Of a stretch of 64,000 nucleotides of DNA, positions 52,436 through 62,293 are shown one piece after another. The stretch is taken from the NCBI GenBank assembly GCA_964357525.1, contig CAYHLH010000002.1, positions 5,287-69,286 of the forward strand, given 5' to 3'. This stretch comes from an uncultured Candidatus Saccharibacteria bacterium (GTDB lineage Bacteria; Patescibacteriota; Minisyncoccia; UBA6257; GWB1-50-10). The stretch's first letter is position 1, and the number at the start of each line of letters is the position of its first letter. A program made the position numbers and the translations under genes. The notes beneath the pieces were generated by a model, which was given only the letters and a program-made list of their open reading frames with translations, did not search any database and had not been told where the DNA came from.

Positions 52436-53433
52436 TGGGAAACATTGAAAAACAATCAAATAGTCGAAGTAAGACGATAAATACAATGGAAGACAAAATA
52501 AAAGACGCAGAGGACGAAATGGAACCGCAAGAGAACGGAGCGTCGCTCGAGAACAAGCTGCTTCTGCCGGCGAGCATCGTCGCTGCGGCGGTCATTCTGG
52601 CGGGCACGTGGATGTATGTAACGGGGAAGATTGTCCTCCCCGAAAGAACGGGTGGCGCCTCGAGTTTGGCGCGGGATGCCGAACGTGAGGAAAAGGTCCT
52701 CCCGAGCGGGGGCGCGGAGCTCCCCGTCCGGTGGGGCGATCTCGGGGCGAAGATGATCGCTTCGGGCGTCATCGACGCGGAGCAGTTCGAGGCGCTCTAC
52801 GAATCCCGCGGCGGGATGGATGGCGAAGCAAAAGCGCTCCTTTACGGAAAGGACAACGGGAACCTCAAAATCACGCGCGAGAACGCCGGAACGGTCCTAA
52901 ATCTCCTCTGGGCATTCGGCCTCGGAAACAAGAACGACATCTTGGAAAAGGGACCGATGGCGGACCCTGAATTCGGGGGCGCGGGGGTGTTTGCCTCGAC
53001 AGGCGGATGGACCTTGGCGGAGGGGGACGCGATGAACCATTACTCGATGCATAAATTTGTAGCGCTCACGACGGACCAGCAGGCGCTCGTAGAGCGCGTC
53101 GCGCAGGGCGTGTACCGCCCTTGTTGCGGGAACTCGACCTACTTCCCCGATTGCAATCACGGCATGGCGATGCTGGGGCTCCTCGAGCTCATGGCGAGCC
53201 AAGGGGTTTTGGAGGACGAGATGTACCGCGTCGCGCTTGCCGTGAATTCCTACTGGTTCCCAGATACCTACCTCACCGTCGCGAAGTATCTCGAACAATC
53301 GGGCGTCGCGTGGAAAGACGCCGACCCGAGGCAGGTCCTCGGATACGATTTTTCGAGCGCCGCGGGGTACAGCAACGTTCTCTCCAAAACCCAACCGCAG
53401 GGGTTCCAGGGGGGCGGCGGGTGCGGGGTATAG
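52436..53433 (+). CDS. Membrane-anchored hypothetical protein with a CCGNSTYFPDCNHG cysteine motif
   Basis: N-terminal TM (LLLPASIVAAAVILAGTWMYV), soluble domain with a clustered Cys/His motif. The track N-terminal extension from 52174 overlaps ccdA and is rejected. Confidence 0.45.
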
Positions 53434-53474
53434 ATATGGGGAATTAGGGGTTAGGAAATAGGAATTGGAACGCA

Positions 53475-53900
53475 ATGAAAAAAAATATACTGGTGATCTC
53501 GGTAATCGCCCTCGCCGTCGTCGGTATCGGCGTATATCTCTCCGCGCGTTCCCCGTCGCCGGAGGGGGAGAGTAAGGTCATTTCCATGAACGGCCTCCAT
53601 TGGCACCCGCACCTTATGATCTATGTGAATGGCACGCCGCAGGGGATTCCCGCAGGCATTGGGCTCGGTGCTGTGCACAACCCCGTGCACACCCATGACG
53701 CGGACGGCATCATCCACCTCGAATTCAGCGGGGCGGTGCGCGGACGCGACATCGCGCTCGGGAGATTCTTCGAGAATTGGGGGAGGGACATGCATTCGTT
53801 CGGCGGAAACATGAGAATGACGGTGAACGGGGCGGAGAACTCTGAGTATGAGCGCTACATGATGCACGACGGGGACGAGATCGAGATCAGGTATGAATAG
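53475..53900 (+). CDS. Secreted His-rich hypothetical protein (possible metal-binding)
   Basis: Signal peptide. HWHPHL...HNPVHTHDADGIIHLEF histidine clusters. Lies in the copper island. Confidence 0.45.
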   Translation: MKKNILVISVIALAVVGIGVYLSARSPSPEGESKVISMNGLHWHPHLMIYVNGTPQGIPAGIGLGAVHNPVHTHDADGIIHLEFSGAVRGRDIALGRFFENWGRDMHSFGGNMRMTVNGAENSEYERYMMHDGDEIEIRYE

Positions 53901-54318
53901 GCCGATCCTGTACGGATTTGCGGGTATGGTCGGACTCCTCGGTCTTTATTTTGGAATTCTCACACTTGTTTCAGGGTGGGGTTTTGCCGAAAGCCAATTT
54001 GTCGTTTTTTGGTACTTCATTGTGAGCCTCGCCGTCGGTTTCGGCATCCAGGTCGGACTGTATGCGCATTTGCGGGATCTTATGAAGGAAATGCACGGGG
54101 AGGGCAAGGTCCTGGGCGTGACCGGCACGACCTCAACTGCGGCGATGGTTTCCTGTTGCACCCATTACCTCGCTAACTTACTCCCGATTCTTGGCGCGGT
54201 CGGAATTGTAACCTTTGTGGCGCAGTATCAGATACAGTTGTTTTGGGTCGGTCTGTTATTTAACATCGGTGGCATTTTTTATATAACTAATAAAGTTTTA
54301 AAGTATAAAAAAGCATGA
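53893..54318 (+). CDS. Hypothetical polytopic membrane protein
   Basis: Four predicted TM helices. Overlaps the previous stop. Confidence 0.4.
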   Translation: MNRPILYGFAGMVGLLGLYFGILTLVSGWGFAESQFVVFWYFIVSLAVGFGIQVGLYAHLRDLMKEMHGEGKVLGVTGTTSTAAMVSCCTHYLANLLPILGAVGIVTFVAQYQIQLFWVGLLFNIGGIFYITNKVLKYKKA

Positions 54319-54785
54319 AATATCTAAAATTTACACTTATCATTTTGGTCGCGATATTCCTTCTGTATTACTACTTCAGTGTTTCCGATGCTGGAAAACA
54401 GCAGCTGAAAGGTAGTCGGCAAATAGAATCAGTAAGTAGCTCCGAGCAAAAACAATGGGAGACAAAAACCGATGAGCAGTCGCCGGTAACTGTTGCGGTA
54501 ACTCCGATTGAATTTGGCAAAGATGCGGGCACATGGAAATTCGACATCGTTTTTGATACACATTCCGGAAATTTAGATGAGAACCCTCTTGAGATAGCAC
54601 TTCTTCTGGACGATAAGAGCAATACCTATCAACCTCTTGCGTGGGAAGGACCGGGACCCGGCGGACACCACCGCGAGGGAGTGTTGATATTCAATCCAAT
54701 ACGCCCCGCGCCGCCTTACGTGGAATTAAAAGTTAAGGATGTCGGCGGCATTTCGGAGCGCTCGTTCAAGTGGAGTGTAGAATAA
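54315..54785 (+). CDS. Secreted hypothetical protein
   Basis: Signal anchor MKYLKFTLIILVAIFLLYYYF, 156 aa. Confidence 0.4.
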   Translation: MKYLKFTLIILVAIFLLYYYFSVSDAGKQQLKGSRQIESVSSSEQKQWETKTDEQSPVTVAVTPIEFGKDAGTWKFDIVFDTHSGNLDENPLEIALLLDDKSNTYQPLAWEGPGPGGHHREGVLIFNPIRPAPPYVELKVKDVGGISERSFKWSVE

Positions 54786-54789
54786 ATAT

Positions 54790-57162
54790 ATGAAGCAATA
54801 TCATCATTCAAAAAATCAGCATCCAATCCACGCTTCCCCCGCGCATTGCTCATGCGGTAAAGAGTGTTTGTGTTGCAAGGGAGAAAAGCTTGCTGTCAAT
54901 TGCGGTTGCGGCATGGAGGCAAAGCAGTATGAGTACAATATGGGTTCGAGCTGTTGTCACAGCGAACACGCCCACAAAGAAGAAATGAAGTTAGAGCCGA
55001 AAGGAAACAAAAACATTGTCTATACCTGTCCCATGCATCCGCAGGTCAAGAAGAACGAGCCCGGCCGGTGTCCGGCGTGTGGTATGGAGCTTATTCCTAA
55101 AGAGAAAGCAAAAAGCCACGCAGGTCATGACATGCAGAAGATGAGTCATGCCGATCACGAAGCGGCGATGACCAATCCGCAAATTGCTAAAGCGATGGAG
55201 AGAGATATGCTCCGCAGATTTTTGGTTTCCCTTATTCTTTCCATTCCCATTTTCCTCTATTCGCCGGTAGGTATTAACTTTTTCAAGCTCAACCTCCCAA
55301 CGCCGATACCGGTGAATTGGCTGCTCCTCATTCTCACTACGCCGATTGTTTTCTGGGCCGGATCGATCTTCATCACGGGCACCTACTATTCTCTCAAGGC
55401 CCGCAAGCTTAACATGGCGGTTCTGATCGCGACGGGCGTCTTGGCGGCGTATCTCTTCAGTGTTCTTCTCACTTTCCTGAGGCCAGAATCGGAAACTTTT
55501 TACGAAGCGGCGGCCCTCCTCGTCACTTTCGTGCTCTTTGGTCACTGGATGGAAATGAAGTCGCGCAGGGGTACATCCGATGCCTTGCGCGCCCTTTTTG
55601 ACCTCGTGCCGCCGAAGGCAAACGTTATCCGGGACGGCAGGGAGATGAGCATTCCGAGCGCGGAAATAGTTCACGACGATATCGTGGTTTTAAGACCCGG
55701 TGACAAGGTGCCGGTGGACGGGGAAATTACGGAAGGTGAGACCTCCATTGACGAGTCCCTCGTGACCGGGGAGTCCATACCGGTTTCGAAAACCATAGGC
55801 GCGAAAGTCGTTGGCGGTTCGGTAAATTTAACTGGAGCAGTTCGGTTCAAAGCCACGCAGGTTGGTTCGGAGACGGTACTCGCGCAGATCATCAAGATGG
55901 TTGAGACGGCCCAGAACTCCAAAGCTCCGGGCCAGCGCATTGCTGACAAGGCCGCGGGGGTGCTCGTAGTCGTCGCCATCGGTTCAGGCACCGCGGCGTT
56001 TCTCGGTTGGTATTTTTTGGCGGGGATCGGCCTCCTCGCCGCGCTCACCTTTGCGATCTCAACTGTGGTGATCGCGTGTCCTGACGCCTTGGGACTCGCG
56101 ACGCCTACTGCGGTTGCGGTAGGCACCGGCATCGGGGCGAAACACAATATCCTCATCAAGGACGCCGCGACGCTTGAGAACACCTCGCGCCTGAACGCGA
56201 TTGTGCTTGACAAGACCGGTACTCTCACGGAGGGGAAGCCGAAAGTAACTGAAGTTATTTCGGTTAATCCGTACAATAAAAATGATGTGCTCGCGTATGC
56301 TTCTGCCGTAGAACAAAGTTCAAATCATCCCATTAGCGCCGCTATTATTGAGGAGGCGAAGAAGCAAAGAGTGTTTGCGGAAAAAAAGATAGAAAAATTC
56401 TTGAGTCTAGGCGGACAGGGGGTGCGCGCGGTCGCGGACGGGAAAGCGGTCATTGTCGGTACTGAACACCTTATGCAGCAGAGCAATGTTGATATTTCGC
56501 CATTGAGACAAGAAATTGACCGGTTGCTTGAAACTGGAAACACCTTGAGCATTGTCGCCGTTGACGGAAGAATCGCCGGCGCGATCGGCGTTGCCGATAC
56601 GGTGCGCGTTTCCGCAAAGCGTACGGTTCAGAAGTTACATGAGCTGGGGCTCGAGGTCGCGATGATCACCGGGGATCACGAGCAGGTGGCGGGCGCGATT
56701 GCCCGTGATCTCGGTATTGACCGCTATTTCGCGCAGGTGCTCCCCGAGGACAAGGCGAAATATGTGAAAAAACTTCAGGACGAGGGGAAATTCGTCGCGA
56801 TGGTGGGGGACGGGATTAACGATGCGCCGGCGCTCGCGCAATCGGACATCGGAATCGCAATCGGCGCGGGCACCGATGTGGCGATTGAGACGGGAAACAT
56901 CGTGCTTATGAAATCGGACCCCTACGATATCGTCGCCGCACTCCGTTTGAGCAAGGCGACCGTGGTAAAGATGAAGCAAAATCTATTCTGGGCGGCGATT
57001 TACAATCTTCTCGCGATTCCCGTTGCCGCGGGTGTTTTCTACAATTCGTTCGGCTGGTCGCTCCGCCCTGAGATCTCCGCGCTCCTCATGTCGGCGTCGT
57101 CAATCATCGTGGCGACGAACGCCGTGCTCCTAAAGCGGGTCGAATCAAAACTCAAAGCGTAA
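54790..57162 (+). CDS. copA: Copper-translocating P1B-type ATPase
   Basis: N-terminal metal-binding region YTCPMHPQV...CPACGM, TM CPC motif (IACPDALGLATP), phosphorylation site DKTGTLT, and GDGINDAP hinge. 790 aa. Confidence 0.9.
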   Translation: MKQYHHSKNQHPIHASPAHCSCGKECLCCKGEKLAVNCGCGMEAKQYEYNMGSSCCHSEHAHKEEMKLEPKGNKNIVYTCPMHPQVKKNEPGRCPACGMELIPKEKAKSHAGHDMQKMSHADHEAAMTNPQIAKAMERDMLRRFLVSLILSIPIFLYSPVGINFFKLNLPTPIPVNWLLLILTTPIVFWAGSIFITGTYYSLKARKLNMAVLIATGVLAAYLFSVLLTFLRPESETFYEAAALLVTFVLFGHWMEMKSRRGTSDALRALFDLVPPKANVIRDGREMSIPSAEIVHDDIVVLRPGDKVPVDGEITEGETSIDESLVTGESIPVSKTIGAKVVGGSVNLTGAVRFKATQVGSETVLAQIIKMVETAQNSKAPGQRIADKAAGVLVVVAIGSGTAAFLGWYFLAGIGLLAALTFAISTVVIACPDALGLATPTAVAVGTGIGAKHNILIKDAATLENTSRLNAIVLDKTGTLTEGKPKVTEVISVNPYNKNDVLAYASAVEQSSNHPISAAIIEEAKKQRVFAEKKIEKFLSLGGQGVRAVADGKAVIVGTEHLMQQSNVDISPLRQEIDRLLETGNTLSIVAVDGRIAGAIGVADTVRVSAKRTVQKLHELGLEVAMITGDHEQVAGAIARDLGIDRYFAQVLPEDKAKYVKKLQDEGKFVAMVGDGINDAPALAQSDIGIAIGAGTDVAIETGNIVLMKSDPYDIVAALRLSKATVVKMKQNLFWAAIYNLLAIPVAAGVFYNSFGWSLRPEISALLMSASSIIVATNAVLLKRVESKLKA

Positions 57163-57187
57163 AGGTCGAAAATCTAAAAAATAAACC

Positions 57188-57445
57188 ATGATAGCAACCA
57201 AACGCCTGCTCAAAGTTACCGCCGCGTGGATAAGCGTCGTGTACGCGGTTTGTTTTGCCGGTGTGGCGCTTTTCCCGAACATCCGTCCGGGATTCATGCG
57301 CTCCGCCTTGCATGTGGTGGGGGTGGATCTGGGCATTGATGTGCTCACCTTCGGCACGTTCCTGTCTGGCCTCATCATCTGGAACGTCATCGCGCTCCTC
57401 GCGGTGTGGCTCTTTGCGGCGCTCTACAACGGCATAAAGAAATAA
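57188..57445 (+). CDS. Small polytopic membrane protein, paralog B (85 aa)
   Basis: MIATKRLLKVTAAWISVVYAVCFAGVALFPNIRPGFM...FGTFLSGLIIWNVIALLAVWLFAALYNGIKK. Confidence 0.5.
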   Translation: MIATKRLLKVTAAWISVVYAVCFAGVALFPNIRPGFMRSALHVVGVDLGIDVLTFGTFLSGLIIWNVIALLAVWLFAALYNGIKK

Positions 57446-57474
57446 GAAGCGGATACAATTTGTATTTCCCCGCT

Positions 57475-57688
57475 CGCTCGGAAATGTAGGTATAACCACC
57501 CCCATTTCCTCGCTCGCCAGGTTATGGCGGAATGAAATTCCTTGGTAACCTAGTTCGCTCGGAAATGTAGGTATAACCACCCCCATTTCCTCGCTCGCCA
57601 GGTTATGGCGGAATGAAATTCCTTGGTAACCTAGTTCGCTCGGAAATGTAGGTATAACCACCCCCATTTCCTCGCTCGCCAGGTTATA
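57475..57688. repeat. 81-bp tandem repeat, 2.6 copies, copies 1 and 2 identical
   Basis: Unit CGCTCGGAAATGTAGGTATAACCACCCCCATTTCCTCGCTCGCCAGGTTATGGCGGAATGAAATTCCTTGGTAACCTAGTT at 57475, 57556 and 57637 (partial). The partial third copy ends in AGGTTATAATG, creating a TATAAT box 9 nt before the GTG start of the 57697 gene. Confidence 0.85.
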
Positions 57689-57696
57689 ATGAGTTT

Positions 57697-58596
57697 GTGA
57701 AGGAAAAGAAAAGTTTCTTAATGCGGCTTGTTTCCGCGGTCATCATCGGACTCGTCGCCGTTCTCGGTTATTACGGGTATCAATACTATATTCTCTCAGA
57801 CGAACTCCTACGGACCCGAGACGAGTTCCGCAGAACGGTTTCCGATTTTGAGAATCGGGTTTCGGCGCTTCAGGCGGAGCTCGAGGCGGCGAAAAACGAG
57901 AACGCGGATCTTTCGGTGAAGCTCGCCGCCGAACAGGGGAAGAATGCCATGTTTGCGGAGCAGATTTCGGGCATTGCGGGCACAGTGGGCATTTTGGAAA
58001 AGCTTTCAAAGACCGACAAGGAGCTCCTGCAGAAATATTCCAAGATCTATTTTCTGAACGAGCACTACATACCCGAGGCGCTTGTCCAAATAGCAAAGAC
58101 ATATCTCTCGGGTGGGAACGACGAGGAGTGGATACACGCCCGCGCGTGGCCGCGCCTCCAGACGATGCTCGACGCCGCCTCGCGCGACGGCGTTACCCTC
58201 AAAGTCGTTTCCGGGTACCGCTCCTTCGACACGCAGGCGGATCTGAAATACGGATACCGCGTCTCCTACGGTTCCGGCGCGAACCAGTTCTCCGCGGACC
58301 AGGGATATTCCGAGCACCAGCTCGGCACCGCGGTGGACCTCACGACGCCCTCAATGGGAACGTCCCTCACGACGCAGTTCGAGAAGAAGCCGGAGTACGG
58401 CTGGCTTGTCGCGAACGCCTACCGATACGGGTTTACGCTCTCGTACCCCAAAGGGAACGCATACTACCAGTTCGAGCCGTGGCATTGGCGGTATGTCGGG
58501 GTCGCCTTAGCGACGAAGCTCAAGAACGACGGGAAATATTTCTACGACCTTGACCAGCGCGAGATCGATGCCTACCTCGTGAGCATCTTCGATTAG
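57697..58596 (+). CDS. D-alanyl-D-alanine carboxypeptidase, VanY/peptidase M15B family, membrane-anchored
   Basis: Zn-binding motifs SEHQLGTAVDL and EPWHWRYVG. N-terminal TM plus coiled-coil. GTG start. Confidence 0.75.
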   Translation: MKEKKSFLMRLVSAVIIGLVAVLGYYGYQYYILSDELLRTRDEFRRTVSDFENRVSALQAELEAAKNENADLSVKLAAEQGKNAMFAEQISGIAGTVGILEKLSKTDKELLQKYSKIYFLNEHYIPEALVQIAKTYLSGGNDEEWIHARAWPRLQTMLDAASRDGVTLKVVSGYRSFDTQADLKYGYRVSYGSGANQFSADQGYSEHQLGTAVDLTTPSMGTSLTTQFEKKPEYGWLVANAYRYGFTLSYPKGNAYYQFEPWHWRYVGVALATKLKNDGKYFYDLDQREIDAYLVSIFD

Positions 58597-58613
58597 AGGT
58601 ATAATTCTGTTGT

Positions 58614-59135
58614 ATGGAACCGCAATACAAAGCGAAGGGGTATGGGAAAAGGCCGCTGTGGCAGTGGATACTCATATATGCGGTCGTCGGAGGCATAGTG
58701 TACGGCCTCATTTACTATTTTGCGTTCTCGAAGCGCGGCCTCTACGATTATGAGACGCCGTATGGCACCCCGGAACAGGGGACGGAAGAGTGGATAGATT
58801 ATAGAGGAGAAAATCCGCTTCCAAAGGAAGTAACATTGGATCTTTCCACCGAATTTGCGCGGCAGTTCCAAACCGTGCTCTCCGCGGAACTTGCGAAGCC
58901 CGCGAACTTCGCGGGACACTATCGCATGGCGCTCGTGGGATGCGGTTCCGCGTGCGGGGTGCATAAGCTTTTGGACAAGGATACGGGTAAAGTGTACGAC
59001 ACGCCCGTTTCCGAGGATCTCATGCTCTACTCTTCCGTGGAATTTTCAGTTTCTTCGCCCGACCTGGTGCTTCGTCTCACCGGCGGAGGTGCGGAGACAT
59101 ACCGTTGGAACGGCTCCGTTTTCGTGAGGTTGTAG
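58614..59135 (+). CDS. Hypothetical membrane-anchored protein
   Basis: N-terminal TM helix, 173 aa. ATG 8 nt after AGGTATAAT. Confidence 0.45.
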   Translation: MEPQYKAKGYGKRPLWQWILIYAVVGGIVYGLIYYFAFSKRGLYDYETPYGTPEQGTEEWIDYRGENPLPKEVTLDLSTEFARQFQTVLSAELAKPANFAGHYRMALVGCGSACGVHKLLDKDTGKVYDTPVSEDLMLYSSVEFSVSSPDLVLRLTGGGAETYRWNGSVFVRL

Positions 59136-59146
59136 GATTTTTATGG

Positions 59147-59178
59147 AACAAAAAACGCCCAAAGCGGGCGTTTTTTGT
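59147..59178. terminator. Bidirectional terminator CAAAAAACGCCC-AAAGC-GGGCGTTTTTTG
   Basis: Perfect GC stem with A/T tracts between convergent genes. Confidence 0.6.
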
Positions 59179-59197
59179 TTTCAAAGGGCGAAGCCCT

Positions 59198-59980
59198 TTA
59201 TCTCACGCTCGTGTCGCGGATGACCGTCGCGTCTATTGTTGAGCTCGCCGAATTCACGAGCCCGTATATGCGGACGTTGTCTCCGGCCTTGAGCGACGTA
59301 AGCGGGATCCTGAGCCAGAAGACGTTCAGGACCGAGGTGTCCGCGGCGATATTCACCGTGTAATCCCTGTCCTTGAACGTGGCGACCATGGTGGTCGGCG
59401 TGGATGAGGCCGCCGGAGGCGTCTTGATCTTCCCCTCGAGTGTCATCGGCGCGGGAGCCGGCTTCAGCACCGTCCAGTTCTTCACTATCTTCGCCTGCAC
59501 GGTGAGGGGCGACGCGACGCCCGTTTGGAGCATTCCCTGGAAGCTTACGAGGTCTCCCACGGAGATCTCCGAGATGGACGATTTCCCGCCGCGGCGTACG
59601 AACTCGGTATTGGAGTCCGTGACGATGTTCCACGTCATTGACGCCGAGCCCCACGTCGTCGCGGCGCTTATGGTGTTTCCCGATATCGCCGTAACTTTGG
59701 CGCCCCGGACGAGCACGTTGCCCCTGTCAGTGACGTGCACCTCGAGCATGGAGCCGATAGCTTTAACCTCCTTTGCGAGTTTGAACTCGTCGTCGTTGCC
59801 CTTCCCTTTCCCGTTGTCGTCATCGGCGTATGCCGGAACGATAAGCGCCGCCATCAAGGCGAACACGACGGAGAAAATAAGGGTTGAAATTGCTGTCTTT
59901 TTTAACATGTTTTTATGGGTAATATCGACCTTTCCATTTAGTAGAACGTATGGCAGTCCGAAAAATGACATCCAGTTCAT
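59198..59980 (-). CDS. Secreted hypothetical protein
   Basis: Signal peptide around MLKKTAISTLIFSVVFALMAALIVPAYA. Thr/Ser/Val-rich beta-type sequence. Confidence 0.45.
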   Translation of the reverse strand: MNWMSFFGLPYVLLNGKVDITHKNMLKKTAISTLIFSVVFALMAALIVPAYADDDNGKGKGNDDEFKLAKEVKAIGSMLEVHVTDRGNVLVRGAKVTAISGNTISAATTWGSASMTWNIVTDSNTEFVRRGGKSSISEISVGDLVSFQGMLQTGVASPLTVQAKIVKNWTVLKPAPAPMTLEGKIKTPPAASSTPTTMVATFKDRDYTVNIAADTSVLNVFWLRIPLTSLKAGDNVRIYGLVNSASSTIDATVIRDTSVR

Positions 59981-60053
59981 TGACAGACAGGTGAAAAAGT
60001 TGTTTATGTAAAGTCAGTAATTCAATAATTTATATAAGAAAGAGGTAATAATC

Positions 60054-61271
60054 TTGAAAACTATAGCGATAATCCTGTTATTGGCGCTTTCCAGAGAGGC
60101 ATTCGGAGGCGACGGGCCGGAATACCGGTTTCTTGAGGAAAAACTATCATTGAATGTGCCGCATGATGATGGGTTGCTCGGGTGGATGAGAATGGACCGC
60201 CGGGGCCGAATTGAGGGACCGAGGCCGATAGGAAAGGAAAACACGGAGCGGAGAGGGTATCTCTCTATTCCACTGCTGCCTATCGTCAATTCCGACAACA
60301 TAAGCGCATACATGAACTCCGTAAGGCTTCTCAGCCTCATCGCATCGATAAGTTCTGACAGGTCGGAAACAGGATCTGACGCGGAAGGCCGCGTAAAAGA
60401 GCTGCAAAAGATTCCGCGGACGGATGCCTTGGTGAAAGCGAGTGAAATCATCAAGTTCGGGTTCCCGCTCGGCAAGAAGATATTTTTTGAGGCGCATATA
60501 GGCGCGCTGGCTTCGGCCGACTACGCGTACAGCGGTGTCGGGGCGTATTCGAAGAGCGGAGACACCGTGTTTGTGGCTTCCACAGAGAACTCGCTGTTCG
60601 CGCTTGGCGAACTTGGATTCCTCGGGGGATTCCGCATTACCGCACCAATAAATTTCAAAGGCCGCGGAACGCTGAATGTATCTTCGGAGTTTCTGTATAA
60701 ACGAATAATCGCATGGCAAGGATACGGATTCGTCAACGCGGTCATTACGAGCGGCGAAGACGTCAGTTTTCTTCCGGACAAATACATACGGATAGACGCC
60801 GACAAATTCTCATGGAACGTCTATCTTTCATATGAGCCTGAGTGGAAGAACCGGCTCTCTCCGCGGTTCGGGATGAAGATAAACGATCTTGCATATTCAT
60901 TTTCGCCGCGCTATGCGGGAAACGAAAAAACTGTTCCACGCGTGCGGAGTCCTAGGAGCATCGAGCTTGGAGCGCTCGCATCCCCGAAGAAGTGGCTTGA
61001 TGTCGGATTCAGCATGACCCTTTCGGGACTCAGGCCGCAGTACTGCATGGAAGTTTCTGCAAGGCCCGTTTACCTGCTACGGCTTTTGCTTAAGGCGGAA
61101 TTCAACAGGCCGGATCTTTTTCTCCAGACCGAAGATCTGTATAGTTTTCTTGTTATCTTCGGCTCAGGCGGAGTGCAGGTATCAATTCCCTTCTCCTACA
61201 ACGGGAAAAATGTGGGTATTGGTTTTGGATTTGTGCTCGGTTCCAACCTCTGGAATGCGCCGTCATTCTGA
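60054..61271 (+). CDS. Secreted hypothetical protein ending in an aromatic residue (NLWNAPSF), TTG start
   Basis: Signal peptide MKTIAIILLLALSREAFG. Alternating hydrophobic pattern near the C-terminus and a terminal Phe, reminiscent of outer-membrane beta-barrel signatures. Confidence 0.4.
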   Translation: MKTIAIILLLALSREAFGGDGPEYRFLEEKLSLNVPHDDGLLGWMRMDRRGRIEGPRPIGKENTERRGYLSIPLLPIVNSDNISAYMNSVRLLSLIASISSDRSETGSDAEGRVKELQKIPRTDALVKASEIIKFGFPLGKKIFFEAHIGALASADYAYSGVGAYSKSGDTVFVASTENSLFALGELGFLGGFRITAPINFKGRGTLNVSSEFLYKRIIAWQGYGFVNAVITSGEDVSFLPDKYIRIDADKFSWNVYLSYEPEWKNRLSPRFGMKINDLAYSFSPRYAGNEKTVPRVRSPRSIELGALASPKKWLDVGFSMTLSGLRPQYCMEVSARPVYLLRLLLKAEFNRPDLFLQTEDLYSFLVIFGSGGVQVSIPFSYNGKNVGIGFGFVLGSNLWNAPSF

Positions 61272-61314
61272 CGGCTGACGGAAAAAGAATTTTAAAGCCC
61301 CGCTATGCGGGGCT

Positions 61315-62289
61315 TTAGCTTTTGAAAAGGGTTTTCGCCTCTTCCCAGAAATCCGGGATGTTCCTCTTCTCCTTCATGTACCACCACCACTCGGCGCCCC
61401 AGAGATACAATTCCGGAAATCCCGTGTCCCGGGCGTAGCGGATGTTCTTCCGGAACTGTCCGATGTCAAGCGTCTCTTTCCAGTCGTCCTCGGAAGTGCC
61501 CAAGGGGTATGCCCGGAACCACGGTTCCGCCTGCACCTCCACGGAAATCACATCTTTTCCAAAGAATTGCCTTATGACGAGCGCCCTCAGCCGGTAGTAT
61601 GCGGGCGGAAAGGGGAACGAAAGGTATGTATGGAGCGCGGGAAAATAGGCCTTCCGATAGAGCGTGACGCCGACCACGTCTCCGAGTTTTGCCGCTCTGA
61701 TCCAGAGAGACCATTCGCCTGTGTCGGTCGTCATTACCGGCCGCGCGGGGTCTATCGCTTTCAGGGCCGCAATCTCTCGCCCGACGAAGTCCTCCGATAT
61801 CGGAGGGCACTCGCCGAACGGGAAGAACGGCTCGTTTTCCGCCTGCCACATCACGACGGCGGGGTTCCCCTTGTAGCGCCCCGCGACGGCCGCGGAGAAC
61901 CTGATGGCGGCGTTTTCCCGTTCCGCATCCGTGAGGTCCTTCGCCCACGCGGGGATGTGACACTCGGGCCAGCGGGGCGATTTCATGCCGACCGCGAGAA
62001 TGAGCTTAGCGCCGCGTTTTGCCGCCTCGTTTACCTGGAAATCAAGTTTGTCGAACGCGAAGACGCCCTCCTCGGGTTCCACGAGGTCCCATGGTACGGC
62101 GATGCGGAGATTCCTCGCGCCGAGGTCGTCGAGGAGCGCAAGATAAGCCGCCTTCCAATCGAGTCCCAAGGTCTCCGCGTGCTTTTGCGAGAATGTTACA
62201 CCCCACGCAGGTTTCCCCTCCGGCGCGCGCCACATGAAGAATGCGACGAGCGCGAGTGCAAATAGAAGCAGAAAAATGATTTTCTTCAC
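61315..62289 (-). CDS. Secreted glycoside hydrolase, (beta/alpha)8 clan GH-A type (GH5-like)
   Basis: Catalytic acid/base motif MWQAENEP. Signal peptide from GTG start VKKIIFLLLFALALVAFF. The track start at 62367 is an upstream in-frame extension. Confidence 0.55.
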   Translation of the reverse strand: MKKIIFLLLFALALVAFFMWRAPEGKPAWGVTFSQKHAETLGLDWKAAYLALLDDLGARNLRIAVPWDLVEPEEGVFAFDKLDFQVNEAAKRGAKLILAVGMKSPRWPECHIPAWAKDLTDAERENAAIRFSAAVAGRYKGNPAVVMWQAENEPFFPFGECPPISEDFVGREIAALKAIDPARPVMTTDTGEWSLWIRAAKLGDVVGVTLYRKAYFPALHTYLSFPFPPAYYRLRALVIRQFFGKDVISVEVQAEPWFRAYPLGTSEDDWKETLDIGQFRKNIRYARDTGFPELYLWGAEWWWYMKEKRNIPDFWEEAKTLFKS

Positions 62290-62293
62290 GGTA

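Noticed and set aside
57152-57667. 171-aa minus-strand ORF with 27-aa internal repeats (MGVVIPTFPSELGYQGISFRHNLASEE x3)
   Set aside because: Produced entirely by the 81-bp perfect tandem repeat. No start context, and it overlaps the 3' end of copA and the 57188 gene.
57475-57688. Possible CRISPR array
   Set aside because: The repeats are contiguous 81-bp units with no unique spacers and there are no cas genes. It is a tandem repeat, not CRISPR.
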